A stretch of DNA of 64,000 nt, taken from assembly GCA_965261435.1 (NCBI GenBank), contig CBDHDL010000021.1:2715950-2779949 (forward strand). Reading direction: 5' to 3'. Made by a program: the position numbers and the translations under genes. Positions 60,399 through 64,000 of this stretch are shown piece by piece. Under the pieces are notes generated by a model that made no database searches, was not told where the DNA came from, and was given only the letters and a program-made list of their open reading frames with translations. Position 1 is the stretch's first letter. Each line of letters opens with the position of its first letter. Origin of the DNA: Candidatus Poribacteria bacterium. GTDB taxonomy: Bacteria; Poribacteria; WGA-4E; WGA-3G.

Positions 60399-61915
60399 TA
60401 TTCACTCACCTCCGGTCCAGACTTATCTGAGATAGCTTCTTCCTTCTTAACAAGCGTAGCGACGGTGCGATTACTTTTATTGAAATAGATTTTTGCTACT
60501 CTCATAATGTCATCAGGTGTGATTTCATACATTTTCTTTCTCCAATCAAGTATATATCGCCAGTCGCCAGCGATACTCTCATAAAATGCAAGTTGATTAG
60601 CCATACCTGCATTTGAACTCAGTGCTCTTATGAAACCAGCATCAATCTGTTTAAGAATGCGATTAAATTCCTTTTCTTCAACAGGTTCATTTTTCAATAG
60701 TTCCAATTGTTCATAGATTGCTTGTTCTACATCAATAGTGGTGTTTGGCGAACTTGGTGTAGCATTAATCACAAAGAGGTTATTGTAACGTGCACCAGGG
60801 TATCCATTGATGGAGTTTGCTGAAACAGCGATACTTTCTTCAACTATGTTCTTGTAGAAACGTGATGTTCTTCCATCCGACAGAATTGCGCTTATCATAT
60901 CCAAAACATAATCATCAAAATGTGGCACAGTCGGTTTGTGGAATCCGATCATCAATCGTGGTTCAGCATCAAATTCTACGTCAATTCTGCGTTCACCTTC
61001 CTGTTTAGGTTCCTTTACAGTGACTTCATCCGGAAGTGGTTGAGAAGGTATATCCCCGAAATACTTCTCAATCAATTTGATGGTTTTTTCTACGTTGATG
61101 TCTCCTACAATAACCATTACAGAGTTATTTGGAGCGTAGTGAATTTTGAAGAATTCTTCAGCTTTCTTTCTGTTCAGCAAAGCGATATCAGAGGGCCACC
61201 CTATGATTGGCATACCGTAGGGATGTGCGGTAAATGCGGCAGCCATAAACTGTTCATATAGTTTGCCACCCGGTTGAGATTCTACGGCCATCCTGCGTTC
61301 CTCTTTGACTGCTTCACGTTCAACATAAAACTGCCGCAACACAGCGTTTTTAAGTCTATCGGACTCAAGCATAGCCCATAATTCCAGTTTATTGGATGGT
61401 AATTCCACAGTGTAAATTGTGAAGTCAACAGATGTACCCGCGTTGAACCCAGTACTGCCGTGCTTCGTGTAGATTTCGGTATATTCACCGGAGACTGAAT
61501 ACTGTTCAGCAATGTCTTGTTGTGCTTTCAAAGATGCTTCCAACTCAGCGATCTTATCTTCGTTTGCTCTTGCTCCCTTAGCACGTTCTAAATCTAATTG
61601 ATCACCAATCTTATCAATCTCATCTAATACGACTTTTTCATTCTCATAGTCAGTAGTCCCGATTGTCTTTGTTCCTTTAAATAGCATGTGTTCTAACATG
61701 TGTGCAATGCCGCGGGAGTCATCGGATTCGTCTACGGAACCGGCTTTAAAGAGTATGAATGGAGCAATGGTGGGAGATGTATGCCGTTCAATCATTAACA
61801 GTTTTAAACCGTTCGGATAGATGTGTTCAACTACCCGATCTTCAAGATTTTGTGCTGACACAATTCCCGTTAGAAAAATAAGGAAAAGTGTCAGCAGGTA
61901 CTGAATTTGTTTCAT
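60398..61915 (-). CDS. secreted M16 family zinc peptidase (pitrilysin-like, catalytic)
   Basis: It has a signal peptide and the inverted zinc motif HMLEH (GIAHMLEHMLFKGT). Confidence 0.88.
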   Translation of the reverse strand: MKQIQYLLTLFLIFLTGIVSAQNLEDRVVEHIYPNGLKLLMIERHTSPTIAPFILFKAGSVDESDDSRGIAHMLEHMLFKGTKTIGTTDYENEKVVLDEIDKIGDQLDLERAKGARANEDKIAELEASLKAQQDIAEQYSVSGEYTEIYTKHGSTGFNAGTSVDFTIYTVELPSNKLELWAMLESDRLKNAVLRQFYVEREAVKEERRMAVESQPGGKLYEQFMAAAFTAHPYGMPIIGWPSDIALLNRKKAEEFFKIHYAPNNSVMVIVGDINVEKTIKLIEKYFGDIPSQPLPDEVTVKEPKQEGERRIDVEFDAEPRLMIGFHKPTVPHFDDYVLDMISAILSDGRTSRFYKNIVEESIAVSANSINGYPGARYNNLFVINATPSSPNTTIDVEQAIYEQLELLKNEPVEEKEFNRILKQIDAGFIRALSSNAGMANQLAFYESIAGDWRYILDWRKKMYEITPDDIMRVAKIYFNKSNRTVATLVKKEEAISDKSGPEVSE

Positions 61916-62059
61916 AAATAATACAGCATTATATCTATCAATTTTACAACAGATTATGCTGTTCCTTTCAATTTCTTCTATTTTGGTATTTAGAAGACCT
62001 GTCAGAATTTTAAGTCAATAGTAGATTTAAGTCCTACTGAAAATCGGAGAAGGACACTG

Positions 62060-62317
62060 CTATTCTTTTTTCAGGTCTTCAAGTAATCCGACTAAAGCAA
62101 ATCTGATGTGTGAGGAGAGTGCGGAATTTTCTGCACGAAGATCAGCACCTTCTTCATCTGGATACATCACATGTGCTGCAACAGCACGTTTAACATGTCT
62201 TTCAGCTCTATCATCATAAGGTATGTACTTTTCTTTCGGTGCGGTGCAAGCTGGACACTCATCAGGGGGTTCTGCTGCCTCTTTCCATAGATAACCACAG
62301 GCTATACAAACAAACAT
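62060..62317 (-). CDS. small zinc-ribbon (rubredoxin-like CxxC..CPxC) protein
   Basis: MFVCIACGY..PDECPACTAP. An AAAGGAG RBS precedes the ATG at 62317 (the ORF track starts at 62356). Confidence 0.45.
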   Translation of the reverse strand: MFVCIACGYLWKEAAEPPDECPACTAPKEKYIPYDDRAERHVKRAVAAHVMYPDEEGADLRAENSALSSHIRFALVGLLEDLKKE

Positions 62318-62850
62318 AGTATACTCCTTTTTCTGTCTTGTAGATTTCAATATCAATATTACTTACTAACTCAATAGAATCATTGTAGCAGATATTTCGA
62401 ATTTATACAACAGAGAGGGTGTGTAAATTTTTTAGCAAAGCATTGATTTTTTTGCTTATGTTCAGTTTTGTTTACATAGCACCCCGCTGGAGTGCGGCCA
62501 CTTGACATACATTTTTCTATAGACATATTGCTCCGCTGGAGCAAAGAGCAAATCTATTGACAGATCAGTATCTCATTACCACAGAGATTCGGTATGTCAA
62601 TGGAATTCGGAATGCCTAAGACTTTGCATTCAAGTAGAGTAATATGTCTTATGACTTTCTACGTGACGCTTCCCCAAATATATACACACCCCAACAAAGA
62701 TTAATATTCAACAAAGTTTTAGAATTGACACACATTCAAGATTCTGATAATATTCATTCATATCAAAACCATTATTGCTTTAGGATAATTGCTTTAGGAT
62801 AGATGTAAAAGAATTTAATATGTAGCAATTTAAGCTGAAAGAAGAGGACA

Positions 62851-63990
62851 ATGAAAGATCAAAAAGTTATCATCATTGGTGGAGGTGTGATTGGACTTGG
62901 TATAGGGTGGCAGCTGGCGAAAGCGGGTGTCGCTGTCACCATTCATGAGCGAGGACAAGCCGGTAGAGGTGCCTCTTGGGCAGCCGGTGGTATGCTCGGC
63001 CCAATTGCTGAAGCACATATAGACGAACTTGACCTGCTCAAACTCAGTAATCAAAGTTTAGAACGTTACCCGGAATGGGTCGATGAATTAGAAACAGAAA
63101 CAGAAATGCCGATCGGTTACCGGGCGGAAGGAACGCTCATTATAGGTATTGAACCTGATGATTCATATCAACTCAAACATGCCTATACCTTATATCAGGA
63201 TTTAGGGTTGAAAGTTGAGTGGTTGACAGGAAAAGAAGCACGTGAAATTGAAGGTGCACTGTCACCGTATGTGACAGCCGCTATTCGTTGTGAAACTGAC
63301 CATCAAGTCGATAACCGGCTAATGGTCCAGGCACTCCAACACGCTTATCAGTCGCGTGGAGGTGTATTGCATCAAAATAGCACAGTTGAAAGAATTGTGA
63401 TAGAAAACGGAGCAGCAACTGGTATTCAAACACAAGACGGTTTTCAAGGTGCAGATTTGTGTGTTCTCGCTGCGGGAAGCTGGTCCGCACAGATCAGCGG
63501 CTTACCGGAAACACTTATTCCTCCTGTGCGTCCCGTGAAGGGACAAATGTTGGCGTTACAAATGCGAGATGACGTTGTGATCAGTAATGTCATCCGTACC
63601 GTCAAGGCACGGTATCCGATGCCGGTATATTTAGTACCAAGAACCGATGGTAGACTTGTTATCGGTGCAACAACTGAGGAGTTGGGGTTTGACACGGACC
63701 TGATCGTTGGCGGAATATATGAACTTCTCCACGGGGCATTTGAAGCTGTACCGGGAATTTATAAACTACCACTAATTGAAACTTGGACAGGTTTACGTCC
63801 CGGTAGCAGCGACAATGCTCCCATACTCGGGAAAACACCTGTTGAGAATCTAATATACGCAACAGGGCACTATCGAAATGGTATCTTACTCACACCCATC
63901 ACAGCTTACGAGATCTCCAAACTGATTCTGTCTGGCGAGACTTCAGAGACAATCGCACCGTTTCATTTGGACAGATTTTCAAAGGCGTAG
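62851..63990 (+). CDS. thiO: FAD-dependent glycine oxidase-like oxidoreductase (DAO family)
   Basis: The dinucleotide-binding motif is VIIIGGGVIGLGIGWQLAKAG. GHYRNGILLTP is a DAO-family C-terminal motif. The thiO assignment is inferred from family resemblance, and thiE is in the same window. Confidence 0.7.
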   Translation: MKDQKVIIIGGGVIGLGIGWQLAKAGVAVTIHERGQAGRGASWAAGGMLGPIAEAHIDELDLLKLSNQSLERYPEWVDELETETEMPIGYRAEGTLIIGIEPDDSYQLKHAYTLYQDLGLKVEWLTGKEAREIEGALSPYVTAAIRCETDHQVDNRLMVQALQHAYQSRGGVLHQNSTVERIVIENGAATGIQTQDGFQGADLCVLAAGSWSAQISGLPETLIPPVRPVKGQMLALQMRDDVVISNVIRTVKARYPMPVYLVPRTDGRLVIGATTEELGFDTDLIVGGIYELLHGAFEAVPGIYKLPLIETWTGLRPGSSDNAPILGKTPVENLIYATGHYRNGILLTPITAYEISKLILSGETSETIAPFHLDRFSKA

Positions 63991-64000
63991 ACGGTATGCG

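Noticed and set aside
62400-62850. TPP riboswitch upstream of the thiO-like gene (and upstream of thiE at 46017-46128)
   Set aside because: I could not find the conserved CTGAGA / ACCTGATCTGGATAATGCCAGCG elements by eye. Only the GCT-loop palindromes are present, so this needs an Infernal run.

Overview
This 64 kb window is low-GC (roughly 40%) bacterial chromosome, read by eye only, with no database searches run. It is a mosaic of housekeeping genes and a large accessory and defence region. The core genes are an ABC ATPase, a TCA-cycle cluster (divergent citrate synthase-like, icd, mdh), dnaK, fabV, ridA, thiE, argJ, a tRNA-Gly/Cys/Val cluster, thiO-like, and a pair of M16 peptidases.

Downstream of mdh there are two degenerate extra copies of the last ~60 nt of mdh. 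They bracket small cassettes: a MORN/WD40 lipoprotein and a frameshifted PIN-domain gene. After them come an HNH-like nuclease, a complete Type I R-M operon (hsdR-hsdM-hsdS), a RelE/ParE toxin-antitoxin pair, and a tandem array of five paralogous PD-(D/E)xK-motif genes (three intact, two pseudogenes). Further on is a Type III-like mod/res pair whose Mod carries a ~400 aa N-terminal extension.

The rest of the window is rich in secreted eukaryote-like repeat proteins: LamG/concanavalin-like, WD40, BNR/Asp-box, sialidase and Ig-like repeat proteins. It also encodes PhyH dioxygenases, ThuA, phosphohexomutase, Gfo/Idh/MocA, a Uma2 nuclease and an ECF sigma factor with an FHA-domain partner.

The most notable observations are these:
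1. An in-frame TGA followed by a hairpin sits exactly at the first Cys of a TlpA-like W-C-x-x-C redox motif. This points to a selenocysteine redoxin domain fused to an Ig-repeat lipoprotein.
2. A conserved extreme C-terminal tail (...K-L-T-T-x-W-G-K-L-K) is shared by five secreted proteins with different domains. It looks like a sorting signal.
3. The repeated mdh 3' ends are consistent with serial site-specific integration at mdh.
4. There are several families of repeated intergenic hairpin elements, including a perfect 7x30 bp tandem array.
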